A stretch of 64,000 nucleotides of DNA from Mobula hypostoma (GCF_963921235.1 NC_086097.1:226240001-226304000), one strand, 5' to 3'; positions 11,419 through 22,799 are shown, numbered from the stretch's first letter. Numbers and translations: made by a program. Notes: generated by a model not told the origin, from the sequence alone.

Positions 11419-13353
11419 ATCAGATTAACTCATAATCTCTGAGTTTAATCATATTACACAGGGGTGGCATAGGAAACTTATTTTCATCATATATAGATAT
11501 CGAGTGCTGTCAAAATCAACTCTTATAAGAACATTCAGAAATCTTGATAAGTTTTGCAATATCAGGAAGCGAAAATTAATGTATAAAATAACGTTAATGC
11601 TTCAGAAAACATTGTCAGCCCAATACAGGAGTAATCGTCCTGTGATATTTGTGAGACAGAACCACGTAGGTATGTGTCTGGCAATAATATGAAAGCAGAT
11701 AATTTTGCAAACTCTCTGTATTTAAAATGTGACATCTGATAAGATTATCATCCCCTAGTCCACTTTTGTTCATGATACTGATGGAGACTTAACTGACTGT
11801 CTTCTATAATATTTTAGGATTGGTTCAACTTAAATGTGGCTGTGGCTTTAAATATTTATTCATTTTCTTTTGCCTGTGATTAGATATTGAAGCAAGAAGT
11901 TAATTTTAATTGCAAACTTGACCTTTAGTATAGCGAGGCTTATCTTTTTTACATGTTCCTTTTAACCATGCCATGAAACAATCACAATAAAATCCTATCT
12001 GATGCATTGAATCCAAAATATTTGCTAAGCAGCTATGATCTACCTGCCACATTAGAGTTGTAAATTAAGGTTCATGCATTGCAGAAAGCAGCCATCCATC
12101 GCAGTGTTTACTCTACTTAGATAAGGCAAGAGTCAGTCACTGTTATTGTAAATACACAGGGACAAACTTGGTTCTGCCTCACTGGGAGTTCACAAGTATT
12201 TTTAACTCCTTTCAATTGTTAATGTATTCCTCAAAAGAGACGCATCACCTTGAAGAATGACTTCTTCTGCCACCCCCACCCCCCGGGAATGAGCCAAACA
12301 AGTATTTCATTCACTATGATAATCAGTTCTACCTCTAGCAATATACGAAACCTACAGTAAATTTAATAGGCACCAGTGATTAGGCTTTAAGACACTGTAG
12401 GAGAAAGACTATGCCCTGAGTCTCATTCAGAACAAAAAATCATGGGGTTTTATCAAAATCGTTCCCAACCTTTGCTCTTAATCTGAAATCAAATTCAACA
12501 AAAATTAACAACCGTATGTGACAAAACAATCTTTTGAAATGATGCTGCACTAAATCATATGAAAATTATTTTTATAGTGGATTGACAAGCAATGGCTGTA
12601 ATTATTGTGTACAGCAATTTGTATGTAATTTATTCTTTTTAAATCTTGGACTCAGGGATAAATAAATCTTATTTCTTTTATTAAAATAAAAATAACAAAG
12701 AAGACAATCATGTAGAAAAGTAACAAATTATCTCTTAAATCACAAGTGCAGCATATAGACAGTAAATTATATGGTGGTTCCACATTCCTGGCACAGCAAG
12801 TAGATTTAAATGAAGAAAGATGCTTCTGACAGGCCAAGAATGATGCAAACAGGCAAAAGTTGCAAATGATATGTCAAATGGTTGTCTCATATGGGATTGT
12901 GGGATTTGTGCTCAATGCTGACTTGGATTTGACTACTGTGTCTTGTCTGTTTGCATATCCCGAAGACCCAGTTTCCAGACGCATTCTACATCAAATCCCA
13001 CCTGCAGAATGGATTTCTGATACTAAATAAGATAGAAAATAAAGCTGCCGAAATCTTCAAAATAGATGGAAGCAAAAGCTGACAGGATGGCTTTGGACTT
13101 CAAAAAGGAAACAGTTTATGCCATGTTAATCCACTAGAAAATGGAAATCAAGCAGGGACCAAAAAAGTATTTATGGCTTTTTGTCTCTAACCACAAACAT
13201 ATTTTTTGGCCTTATTTTAGCTTTGTATGTAAACATATAAATGCTGCACAGGGCTTAATAATATTATCATGAGTGAGCTGTGTGTAATATTTTCAGTCCT
13301 TGAGCATTCAGTTTACACTAAATGCAGAGGTGCATCAGTTCATATTTGTTGGT

Positions 13354-13450
13354 AACACTCACAAAATGCTGGAGGAACTCAGCAGGCCAGGCAGCACCTA
13401 TGGAAAAGAGTAAACAGTCGAAATTTCGGGCCAAGGCTCTTCATCAGGTC
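13354..13450 (-). mobile_element. Penelope-like element terminal repeat (pLTR) fragment with a degenerate hammerhead motif
   Basis: aaaatgctggaggaactcagcaggccaggcagc shared with the PLE end at 62195-62330; minus strand reads ctgatga...gaaa. Confidence 0.75.
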
Positions 13451-13885
13451 CCTTTGTTAGGGCTGTTTTTCCTCCATCATGGATACCATGATGATTTTTA
13501 TGATCACAAACTTCCGTGAGCTGACTACCATTGCTCACAAGCTTCTATCATAACAAAAAGGTTTTTTTTAACAGATCAGTTAAGATAAGAGAATTAAACA
13601 TAGGAGCAGATAAATATTATGTCATGACCTTCCCACTCCATCACCCCACGCTTAACAAACCCCTCCAGCACATAAACACTTTAACCTTCAGTCAATCATT
13701 TACTTGACAATGGACAAGATTTAATTTGCTAATATGTTGTCCAAACACCTCAGATTTCTGTAAATTTGACTCTAATATTAATACTTATAAAGGCAACAAA
13801 ACTTTGTTGATCTTTGCCACTAAGTTTTGTTTTGGGAAGATTTGAACAGTGCCAACTTTTCACTATTATGATAATATTATTGTAT

Positions 13886-14170
13886 TGTAGTGGTGCGCTA
13901 CACACAGCGCTAGAGTAACCACACGGAGTCGGTGAGTTGGAGTTGCGATAAAAAAGATTTATTCAAACTTCACGGCCTGCTTTAAAGCCTTCCCGTTCCC
14001 GCCCTCCCTGGGCGGGACTGCTGTGGGGAATGCATATTCCCAGACCCTTTCCGCACGCGGGATTTTCCCCCTGCTGGTGAAGATGGCCTGGCGCCCCTTT
14101 TGGGGCCGGCCCTCTGCCTGCACGCGCTGTTGTGAGCCGGTTCGTGGGTGCCAGAAAGTGGGTCGCCACA
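13886..14170 (-). repeat. 3' LTR
   Basis: Direct repeat of 17947-18231 with about 13 substitutions by eye; preceded on the minus strand by a G10 polypurine tract at 14174-14183. Confidence 0.95.
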
Positions 14171-17100
14171 TAACCCCCCCCCCAGAACCGGCGATACCTC
14201 CCCCAATGTCCACAGTCTGGATCGGCCTCTGTTTGGGAGGTCTGCCCCTGCGCCGCGGTGCCTGAGCCTGGACCGGCTGTGCCAAGTCCACATGGGCCGG
14301 TTTGAGTCGGTCCACCGTGAAAACCTCCTCTCTCCCCCCAATGTCCAGCACGAACGTGGACCCGTTGTTCCTGATCACCTTAAACGGCCCCTCGTAGGGC
14401 CACTGTAGCGGTGCCCGGTGTCCGCTCCGTCGTACAAAAAGAAACTTACAGTTCTGCAGGTCTTTGGGTACGCAGGTCGGGCTCTGTCCGTGCTGTGAAG
14501 TGGGTATGGGGGCCAGGTTACCGAGCCTCTCCCGTAGTCTGTCCAGGACTGCTGTGGGTTCTTCCTCTTGCCCCCTTGGGGCTGGTATGAACTCTCCTGG
14601 GACGACCAGGGGCGCGCCGTACACCAACTCGGCCGACGAGGTGTGCAGATCCTCTTTGGGCGCCGTGCGGATTCCGAGCAGGACCCAGGGAAGTTCGTCC
14701 ACCCAGTTAGGCCCCTCCAGGCGGGCCATGAGAGCCGTCTTCAGGTGACGGTGGAAACGCTCCACTAGTCCGTTCGACTGTGGGTAGTAGGCAGTTGTGT
14801 AGTGTAGCTGCGATCCTAAAAGGTTGGCCATTGCCGACCACAGGCTGGAGGTGAACTGGGCGCCCCTGTCGGAGGTAATGTGGGCCGGTACCCCAAAGCG
14901 TGCTACCCAGGTTGTGAACAGTGCTCGGGCACAGGATTCGGAGGTGGTGTCGGTGAGCGGGACTGCCTCTGGCCATCTGGTGAACCAGTCTATCATAGTT
15001 AGGAGGTACCACGCTCCTCGTGACACTGGCAGGGGCCCCACGATATCCACATGGATGTGGTTGAACCTCCGGCGGGTGGGTTCGAACCGCTGCGGTGGAG
15101 CCTTGGTATGCCGCTGCACCTTGGCCGTTTGGCACTGCATGCACGTTTTGGCCCATTCACTGACGTGTTTACGCAGTCCATGCCACACGAATCTGTTGGA
15201 GACCAGCCGGACGGTTGTCCTGATGGAAGGGTGCGCTAAGTTGTGAATGGACTCGAAAACCCGCCGGCGCCAGGCTGCTGGGACGACGGGGCGGAGTTGG
15301 CCGGTAGCTACGTCACATAGTAGGGTCCTCTCACCTGGGCCTACGGGGAGGTCTTGGAGCTGTAAACCGGAGACTGCAGTCCTGTAACTGGGGATCTCAG
15401 CGTCTGCCTGCTGTGCCTCTGCCAGCGCTGCATAGTCCACCCCCTGGGACAGGGCCTGTATGGTCGGTCTGGAAAGTGCGTCCGCCACGACGTTGTCCTT
15501 TCCCGAGACATGCTGGATGTCCATTGTGTACTCAGAGATGTAGGACAGATGTGGCTGCTGGCGGGACGACCAGGGGTCGGACGCCTTCATGAACGCAAAG
15601 GTAAGTGGCTTGTGGTCTGTGAACACGGTGAAGGGCCTACCTTCTAAGAAGTACCTGAAATGCCAGATTGCCAGGTATAGTGCCAATAGCTCCCGGTCGA
15701 AAGCACCATATTTGAGTTCAGGTGGTCGTAGATGTTTGCTGAAGAATGCCAGGGGTTGCCAGCGACCTTCGATGAGTTGTTCCAGCACTCCACCGACCGC
15801 TGTGTTGAATGCGTCCACCGTGAGGGCGGTAGGAACGTCTGTTCTGGGGTGCACTAGCATCGCGGCATTTGCCAAGGCTTCTTTGGTTTTAACGAAAGCG
15901 GTTGCGGCCTCTTCGTCCCAGGTAATGTCCTTGCCCTTACCCGACATTAAAGTGAAGAGGGGGCGCATGGTTTGGGCTGCTGAGGGGAGGAAACGGTGGT
16001 AGAAGTTCACCATACCCACGAATTCCTGCAGGCCTTTGATTGTGTTGGGTCGGGGGAAGTTGCGGACCGCGTCTACCTTGGCGGGCAGCAGGGTTGCCCC
16101 GTCTTTAGTAATCCTGTGGCCCAGGAAGTCGATGGTATCGAGTCCGAACTGGCATTTGGCTGGATTGATTGTAAGGCCGAATTCGCTCAGGCGGGAGTAG
16201 AGCTGGCGGAGGTGGGACAGATGCTCCTGCCGACTATGGCTGGCTATGAGGATGTCGTCCAAATAGATGAATGCAAAGTCTAGGTCGCGTCCCACCGTGC
16301 CCATTAGCCGCTGGAACGTCTGTGCGGCATTCTTTAGACCAAACGGCATTTGGAGGAATTCGAAAAGTCCGAACAGGGTGATAAGTGCTGTTTTGGGGAT
16401 GTCGTCCGGATGTACCGGGATTTGATGGTATCCCCGGATGAGGTCTACCTTGGAAAAGATCCTTGCGCCATGTAGGTTTGCTGTGACGTCTTGAATGTGT
16501 GGCACAGGGTAGTGGTCTGGCGTTGTAGCCTCGTTCAGCCTGCGGTAGTCACCGCATGGTCTCCAGCCCCCCGTTGCCTTGGGCACCATGTGCAGGGGGG
16601 AGGCCCATGGGCTGTCGAACCGTCGTATGATCCCCAATTCCTCCATCTTCTTGAACTCCTCTTTCACCAGTCGAAGCTTGTCCAGGGGAAGCCTTCCAGC
16701 ATGGGCGTGGAGGGGTGGTCCCTGGGTCGGGATGTGGTGCTGTACTCCATGTCTGGGCATGGCTGCCGTGAACTGCGGTGTCAGTACTGATGGGAAATCC
16801 GCCAGGACCCTGGTGAATTCATCGTTGGACAGCGTGATGGAGTCCAGGTGTGGGGCTGGCAACTTAGCTTCACCCAGGGAGAATATTTGAAAAGTCTTGG
16901 CGTGGACTAGTTGCTTCCCTTGCAGGTCGACCAGCAGGCTGTGGGCTCGCAGAAAATCCACCCCCAGGAGTGGTTGGGCCACGGCGGCCGGTGTGAAGTC
17001 CCACGTGAACCGGCTGGAGCTGAACTGTAGCCGCACCGTGCGGGTGCCGTAGGTTCGTATTGTGCTGCCATTTGCGGCCCTCACGGTGGGTCCCGGTTCT

Positions 17101-17225
17101 CTGTTGCGGGTGTCATAACTCGTTAGAGGTAAAACGCTGATCTCCGCTCCGGTGTCGACCAAAAATCGGTGTCCCAACTGCTTGTCCCAGACGTACAGGA
17201 GGCTGTCCTGATGGCCAGCCACCAT
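13959..17225 (-). CDS. pol: Gypsy Pol polyprotein (protease, reverse transcriptase, RNase H, integrase)
   Basis: 1088-aa open frame with LVDTGA, LPQ-like MPFGLKNA, YLDD, RNase H VDA/ELLA/TDH/NVVADALSR, IN HNLAH-CMQC, HVD/SDRG/VERFH and GPF motifs. Confidence 0.95.
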   Translation of the reverse strand: MVAGHQDSLLYVWDKQLGHRFLVDTGAEISVLPLTSYDTRNREPGPTVRAANGSTIRTYGTRTVRLQFSSSRFTWDFTPAAVAQPLLGVDFLRAHSLLVDLQGKQLVHAKTFQIFSLGEAKLPAPHLDSITLSNDEFTRVLADFPSVLTPQFTAAMPRHGVQHHIPTQGPPLHAHAGRLPLDKLRLVKEEFKKMEELGIIRRFDSPWASPLHMVPKATGGWRPCGDYRRLNEATTPDHYPVPHIQDVTANLHGARIFSKVDLIRGYHQIPVHPDDIPKTALITLFGLFEFLQMPFGLKNAAQTFQRLMGTVGRDLDFAFIYLDDILIASHSRQEHLSHLRQLYSRLSEFGLTINPAKCQFGLDTIDFLGHRITKDGATLLPAKVDAVRNFPRPNTIKGLQEFVGMVNFYHRFLPSAAQTMRPLFTLMSGKGKDITWDEEAATAFVKTKEALANAAMLVHPRTDVPTALTVDAFNTAVGGVLEQLIEGRWQPLAFFSKHLRPPELKYGAFDRELLALYLAIWHFRYFLEGRPFTVFTDHKPLTFAFMKASDPWSSRQQPHLSYISEYTMDIQHVSGKDNVVADALSRPTIQALSQGVDYAALAEAQQADAEIPSYRTAVSGLQLQDLPVGPGERTLLCDVATGQLRPVVPAAWRRRVFESIHNLAHPSIRTTVRLVSNRFVWHGLRKHVSEWAKTCMQCQTAKVQRHTKAPPQRFEPTRRRFNHIHVDIVGPLPVSRGAWYLLTMIDWFTRWPEAVPLTDTTSESCARALFTTWVARFGVPAHITSDRGAQFTSSLWSAMANLLGSQLHYTTAYYPQSNGLVERFHRHLKTALMARLEGPNWVDELPWVLLGIRTAPKEDLHTSSAELVYGAPLVVPGEFIPAPRGQEEEPTAVLDRLRERLGNLAPIPTSQHGQSPTCVPKDLQNCKFLFVRRSGHRAPLQWPYEGPFKVIRNNGSTFVLDIGGREEVFTVDRLKPAHVDLAQPVQAQAPRRRGRPPKQRPIQTVDIGGGIAGSGGGVMWRPTFWHPRTGSQQRVQAEGRPQKGRQAIFTSRGKIPRAERVWEYAFPTAVPPREGGNGKALKQAVKFE

Positions 17226-17321
17226 AGCGATCGGCGGCGGCTGGGCTTTGGCGTTTCCCGGGAATTTGCAGGGTGGTCTACAGCGGCGGGACTCTGTGCC
17301 CCACCGCTGGTGGTAGAAGCA

Positions 17322-17906
17322 TCATTGTTCGTTGGGCTCTGCTGCCGGGCCTGGTCTGGTCTGTCGTTGGGCACGCGGCTTGGTGATCTGTGCGACGGAT
17401 GCCCCTCTCTCCTTCTTGGCATTCCACAACACATCTGCTCGGGCCGCCACCTCCCGGGGGTCGCTGAAATCTGCGTCCGCCAGCAGCAGGCATATGTCCT
17501 CGGGCAGTTGCTCTAGGAACGCCTGCTCAAACATGAAGCAGGGTTTATGTCCTTCAGCCAGGGCCAGCATCTCGTTCATTAATGCTGACGGCGGCCTGTC
17601 TCCCAAACCATCCAGGTGCATTAAGCGGCGTGCTCGTTCGTGCCGTGAGAGTCCGAAAGTTCTTATGAGCAGGGTTTTGAATGCTGTGTATTTGCCGTTC
17701 TCCGGGGGTGACTGTATAAACCCGTCAACTTGTGCAGCTGTCTCTTGGTCGAGGGAGCTCAGCACGTAGTAGTAACGAGTGGACTCCGAGGTTATCTGCC
17801 GAATGTGGAATTGTGCTTCTGCCTGTTCCAACCACAGACGGGGTCTCAGCGGCCAAAAGCCTGGCAGTTGTAACGAAACTGCGTGAACAGATCCAGCGTC
17901 GGTCAT
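17322..17906 (-). CDS. gag: Gypsy Gag (likely start MTDAGSVHAVSLQLPGFW), ending at a TGA just before the CFYH...C motif
   Basis: LPGFW...WLEQAEAQF capsid motif; read-through of the TGA gives CFYHQRWGTESRRCRPPC. Confidence 0.85.
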   Translation of the reverse strand: MTDAGSVHAVSLQLPGFWPLRPRLWLEQAEAQFHIRQITSESTRYYYVLSSLDQETAAQVDGFIQSPPENGKYTAFKTLLIRTFGLSRHERARRLMHLDGLGDRPPSALMNEMLALAEGHKPCFMFEQAFLEQLPEDICLLLADADFSDPREVAARADVLWNAKKERGASVAQITKPRAQRQTRPGPAAEPNEQ

Positions 17907-17930
17907 CTCTGGCCCAAATATCGTTTGGGC

Positions 17931-17944
17931 CGTCGGGGTCACCA
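17931..17944 (-). promoter_or_regulatory. Primer binding site, tRNA-Trp-like
   Basis: Minus strand reads TGGTGACCCCGACG 2 nt downstream of the 5' LTR. Confidence 0.85.
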
Positions 17945-17946
17945 AA

Positions 17947-18231
17947 TGTAGCGGTGCGCTACACACAGCGCTAGAATAACCACACGGAGTCGGTGAGTTA
18001 GAGTTGCGATAAAAAAGATTTATTCAAACTTCGCGGCCTGCTTTAAAGCCTTCCCGTTCCCGCCCTCCCTGGGCGGGACTACTGTGGGGAATGCATATTC
18101 CCAGACTCTTTCCGCGCACGGGGTTTTCCCCCTGCTGGTGAAGATGGCCTGGCGCCCTTTTTGGGGCCGGCCCTCTGCCTGTGCGCGCTGTTGTGAGCCG
18201 GTTCGTGGGTGCCAGCAAGTGGGTCGCCACA
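17947..18231 (-). repeat. 5' LTR
   Basis: Direct repeat of 13886-14170. Confidence 0.95.
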
Positions 18232-18511
18232 GTATGTGATATAGGTACTGTGTTTCACACCTTGGTCTCTGAGGAACATTGTTTTGTTGAGCAGTACGGT
18301 TGAATGACAAGAAACGTTAACATGGATAATGCAGCTTGCTCACAGCAAGACCCAGATCAGTTCTAATCTCCATTGTTGTCTGCATGGAATTTCTTCTCCT
18401 TCTGTGTCAATTTCCTTCAAGAACTCCAATATCCACCCACACCTGAAAATCATGCAAAGTACCCCAGTGTATGTGAGTGGGGGAGGGTGAGAATCAGAGG
18501 ATTTAAATGTA

Positions 18512-18586
18512 AGGGTTCCCAACCTTTTTATGCCATGGACCCCTACCATTAACAGGGGGATTCGTGGACCCCAGGTTGGGAACCCT
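18512..18586. mobile_element. Small hAT-like MITE
   Basis: Perfect terminal inverted repeats agggttcccaacct...aggttgggaaccct. Confidence 0.7.
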
Positions 18587-18904
18587 AAACTGTTGGCGGG
18601 TATGTGTGAAAGAAAGGTCGAAAAAAATAGATAGAATCAATTTAGTGCATTGCTCAGAAGGCTGGTCGAGACTCCTTAGGCAAAATGGCCTCCTTCTATG
18701 TTATACGGAAACATAACTTTGAACATCAATGCCAAGTGTAATCCATGGAATTCTTTCATTCCCCCAGTTCGATAAGACCACCATCTAATTTAATACTTGT
18801 AGTGTAACCGTAAAAGAAGGGACAGTATGCGAAAACATTAGCACCTGCAAAATGTTGGGAAAAAAATCACAATGTTAGGCAAAATCCAGTTTGAAACAGA
18901 GTTA

Positions 18905-19075
18905 CACACATCAAAGTTGCTGGTGAACACAGCAGGCCAGGCAGCATCTCTAGGAAGAGGTTTCAGGCCGAGGGTGAAACGTCGACTGTACCTCTTCCTA
19001 GAGATGCTGCCTGGCCTGCTGCTTTCACCAGCAACTTTGATGCGTGTTGCTTGAATTTCCAGCATCTGCAGAATT
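18905..19075. mobile_element. Fold-back Penelope pLTR insertion
   Basis: About 55-bp inverted arms; 16-bp TSD gtttgaaacagagtta at 18889-18904 and 19076-19091. Confidence 0.85.
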
Positions 19076-19149
19076 GTTTGAAACAGAGTTAGGCTGGTTT
19101 ATACCCAGAAACAGTCATTTTCTAGCAGCTCCTGGAAACTATCTGCACA

Positions 19150-19445
19150 GCATTCAGCCCTTAAAGAAACATCCCTCAGGACACCAGCAGCAGAAACATA
19201 CTGCAGTTCTAATGGAGGAGACAGAGATCCAGAGTGAGGCAGTTCCATTTTCACTCAGGGAGGGACCCATAAATCCTGAGGGAATAGTGGTGTTGAATGC
19301 CAAGCAGCAGTCAATAAAACGTAGCCTAATGTATGTCTTGCAGTTATCTGGGTGCTCCAAAGCAGCGTGGAGAGCCGGAAAGAATGCATCTGCTATAGAC
19401 CTGTTGTAATAATAGGTGAATTGCAGTAAGTCCAGGTCCTTGGTC
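19150..19445 (-). mobile_element. Rex1-type RT fragment
   Basis: LQFTYYYNRSIADA...ALHAALEH...YIRLRFID...AFNTTIP. Confidence 0.8.
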
Positions 19446-20587
19446 ACGCTTATTACTCCCTTATTCTCTTATTTTCCACATCAGGAATACTTCCCTCGTC
19501 CTGCTTAGCACTCACATACTTCTTTTCCCTTTTGATTCTCACATCCTGCATCATGACACTCAGACTTTGGGTATCCTCATTACTCACTCTCTGGCACCAG
19601 CTAAAGCCTTCTGTTTGCAAGATTATGCAACACCTCGCACATGAGGATGGCATTTTTGCCTTTGTTTGGCTTGTATTGAAGTGCAACCAGCAAAGCATAC
19701 AACAACATCTCATCTTCAGGAGCCTTTATGCTGTATCTGCACTCAGTTACTCTGGTTGTAAATTACACTTGTGCAAGCAGCCATGCAAGTAAAAGGTAGA
19801 CCTTCCCATCCAGCGTTCATCACCCCAGGCAGTGCTGATTGTTAAAGATGGGCAGCGGAAGCTCCTTTGAGATAAAGGAATGATGAGTGCTTTCAGGCAA
19901 CATGGCTTCAAGGGTAAAGGGCCAAGACCCAAGAATCAGCTTTATTCACTCTGTTAGGAATTCACTGTGATGTGTCAGTCAGGGCACAACACGCAACAAA
20001 AAACTACAACATTCAACAATTATTGTATGAAGAATAGAAATCTATATAAAAAATAAAGAAATATATATATAAAGTACTAATAAAGCTAGAGCTTAAAGGA
20101 TGGATATGGAATAAAATGTGCATAAATAAATAACTACCAGCATGTATTCATCAAGAGAAAATTCCCAGCATGACACACCACAAGCTATACATTGCAGATG
20201 ATCTGAAAAATGTTTCCAGATGAAAGGAAGGAATATTGTTCGGAGTCGTGGGGACACATGAGTGCAGTCATTGGCTGTGAGCACTTGCAGAATCCCAGCG
20301 TCCATGTTGCCACATGACACCAGATTAAACGAAATTATTTCCTTGGTACTTGGGGGACTTCCCTGCACTGGTGAGCAACAAACTGAGAGACATGGCAGAG
20401 ATCTGCTAAGGACATTTAAAATTTCATATGTTGCAGAAAATGAGAGGCAAGGTGACATATTAGATTGTGTCTACAGAATGTGACATCTCACAACTATGAC
20501 ACCCTTGGGAAACCTGATCCCACAAATGCATTCTTCATTAACGAGATGGAGAACTCTGAAGACTCTGGAAATGGTGGTCGGTGTGAT

Positions 20588-20932
20588 CAATGTTCCCTCT
20601 AACTTGTAATGACCGATGTGTGCAAAAATCTTGTGCTGTGCAATTTTCTGTGCAGTGACAATAACATGGCCACACTGAATAATTTCTTTAAAAAAAACAC
20701 AGCATAAATAAACCATTTGTAAATTCTACTGGCAAATCATCACAAACTCCACGTTGTCAACACTGTCCGCATTGGAAATTGGAAAAGGAAATGTGATTGT
20801 GTATGATCGTGACATATACTTAACATGCCAACGAGGTAGAGGGTGACAACCTTTTGTGTGCATTTGAAATTTCTTTGTGCACTAGTGGCAAAAGATGAGC
20901 ACGCACACGCACACACCTGCGGGGGAACGTTG
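20588..20932. mobile_element. hAT-superfamily non-autonomous DNA transposon (MITE)
   Basis: TIRs caatgttccc...gggaacgttg; 8-bp TSD ggtgtgat at 20580-20587 and 20933-20940. Confidence 0.85.
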
Positions 20933-21197
20933 GGTGTGATCAAGGCATTTACTGGGAAAGCTATCAATAAAAGAACTCAGCCAGCTCTGAGACTGGCACC
21001 AAAGTATCAATGATAGGTAAGTCTTTGCCTCCTGTCCTGAACCCTCAACAATAATGATTAATGGAGTGTTGCCATCTGTATCATCAATGTGGCATTGAGT
21101 GAGTGCTTCCTATTGCATCTAAATGCAGTGGAAACTTCTCTATATCAACTTAAGCAGACTCCATTTCTTCAGGTTCCTTAAGGTCATCATAAATGAT

Positions 21198-22560
21198 GGG
21201 GGGTGGTGGAGGGAGGTAGTGGGGATAAGCTCTCTCTACCTACTAAATGCTTCCAGTGATGTGTGTCTCAAATAGCCTCTGACAAGCAAGTCCAGCTAGT
21301 GAGCCTGGCGGAACTGTCTCTACTGACAGGAGAAGAGTCGAAGGCGGTTACTAGCACCTTAAAACCAGGTGGGGCTCCTCAATTCATCTAGGTGAAGGAA
21401 AACAATTAAACATCCGCTGCCTTGCAGCTCTATCCACTCATGGAGAAGGCTTCAGGAGTAACCCCTGAGGGAAAATTCAAAGCTTGAGTCACAGAGTCAT
21501 AAAGTCACGGAAAACTACAGCACAGAAACAGGCAATTTGGCCCATCTAGTCCATGCATAACTATTTAAACTGCCTACTCCCATTGACCTATACCCAACCA
21601 TAGTCCTCCATACCCCTCCCATCTATGTACCTATCCAAACTTCTCTTGAACTTTGAAATCAAAATCGCATCCATCACTAGTGCTGGCAGTTCATTTCCCA
21701 TTCTCTGAGTGAAGAAGTTCCCCCTCATGCTTCCCTTTAACTTTCACCCCTAATCCATGACCTTTAGTTGTAGTTCCACCCAAACCCGGTGGAAAAAGCC
21801 TGTTTGCATTTATTTGATCTATACCCCTCATCATTTTGTATACCTCTATAAAATTTCCCCTCAATCTTTTACGTTCTGGGGAATGAAGTTCTAACCTAAT
21901 CAATCTTTCCTTATAACTCAGGTCCTTTGGTCTCATCAACACCCTTGTCAGTTTCTTCGATACTCTTTCATGCTTATTTACATCTTTCCTGTAAGTAGGT
22001 GACCAAAAATGCACACAATACTCCAAATTAAGCCACACTGATGTCTTCTACAACTTCAACATAACATCCCATCTCCTGCACTCAGTACTTTGATTTATGA
22101 AGCCCAAAGTGCCAGAAGCTTTCTTAACAACCCTATCTACATGTGACTCCACTTCCAATGAATTATGGACCTGTACTCCCAGATCCCTTTGTTCTGTCGC
22201 ACTCCTCAGTACCCTACTGTTCACCGTGTAAGACTTAAGGCAGTCCTACATTGAGTTCGATGTTGACTGAAAACTCCTGCAACGCCACTAGTGCCAAACT
22301 GTATCAGTCTCTTGTCATTTCTTTGAATTCATCAGCTTTATGAAGAGATGGAGCCTGCTGCATGGGCAACAGCTTGCTCTCCAATCTCAAACAAGAGAAA
22401 TTCTTTGCAGATGCTGGAAATCCAAGCAACACACAAAATGCTGGAGGAACTCAGCATCTATATTAGCTCGCTGTCCAAGTCGCACTGCCCTGCCTTGCAT
22501 ACTGGCTTGCGAACAGCTAGGATACAACATCCATGCTCGACCCTGACCAGTGGAGGGCTT
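21198..22560 (+). mobile_element. Non-coding RTE-related retroposon split by a CR1 (21490-22235) and a pLTR piece (about 22390-22460)
   Basis: ctaggtgaaggaaaac motif resembling RTE 5' UTRs; the sequence continues across the CR1 insert; 3' part is homologous to the SINE at 60493-60781. Confidence 0.5.
21490..22235 (-). mobile_element. CR1-type LINE 3' portion
   Basis: LEYCVHFWSPTYRKD...LSYKERL...RLRGNFIEVYKMMRG. Confidence 0.9.
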
Positions 22561-22799
22561 CTTTTATATTTTCTTCATCACTTACCCTTCTGCGCTGCAG
22601 CAGGTTGGACGTTGAAAGCTGCTTGAACTACCTTTCGTGAATTCTGAAGCTGCACAATGAGATCTCCCAATGTCTTCTAAGTGTCCCTGTAAAATGAGAA
22701 GTAAAAGCATAATCTGCTTTTGGTTCCATCAAGTCTGTCTAACAGTGGTCATGCATGCAAAACTACAAAGCTTAGAGAATCAATATTTGCCAGGGCAAG

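Larger units (their letters stand above)
13886..18231 (-). mobile_element. Full-length Ty3/Gypsy LTR retrotransposon (4346 bp)
   Basis: Two 285-bp LTRs (TG...CA), GTAT TSD at 13882-13885 and 18232-18235, PBS, PPT, gag, and pol in PR-RT-RH-IN order. Confidence 0.97.

Noticed and set aside
14023..17769. Many plus-strand ORFs over the Gypsy element
   Set aside because: Antisense shadows of GC-rich gag-pol coding sequence
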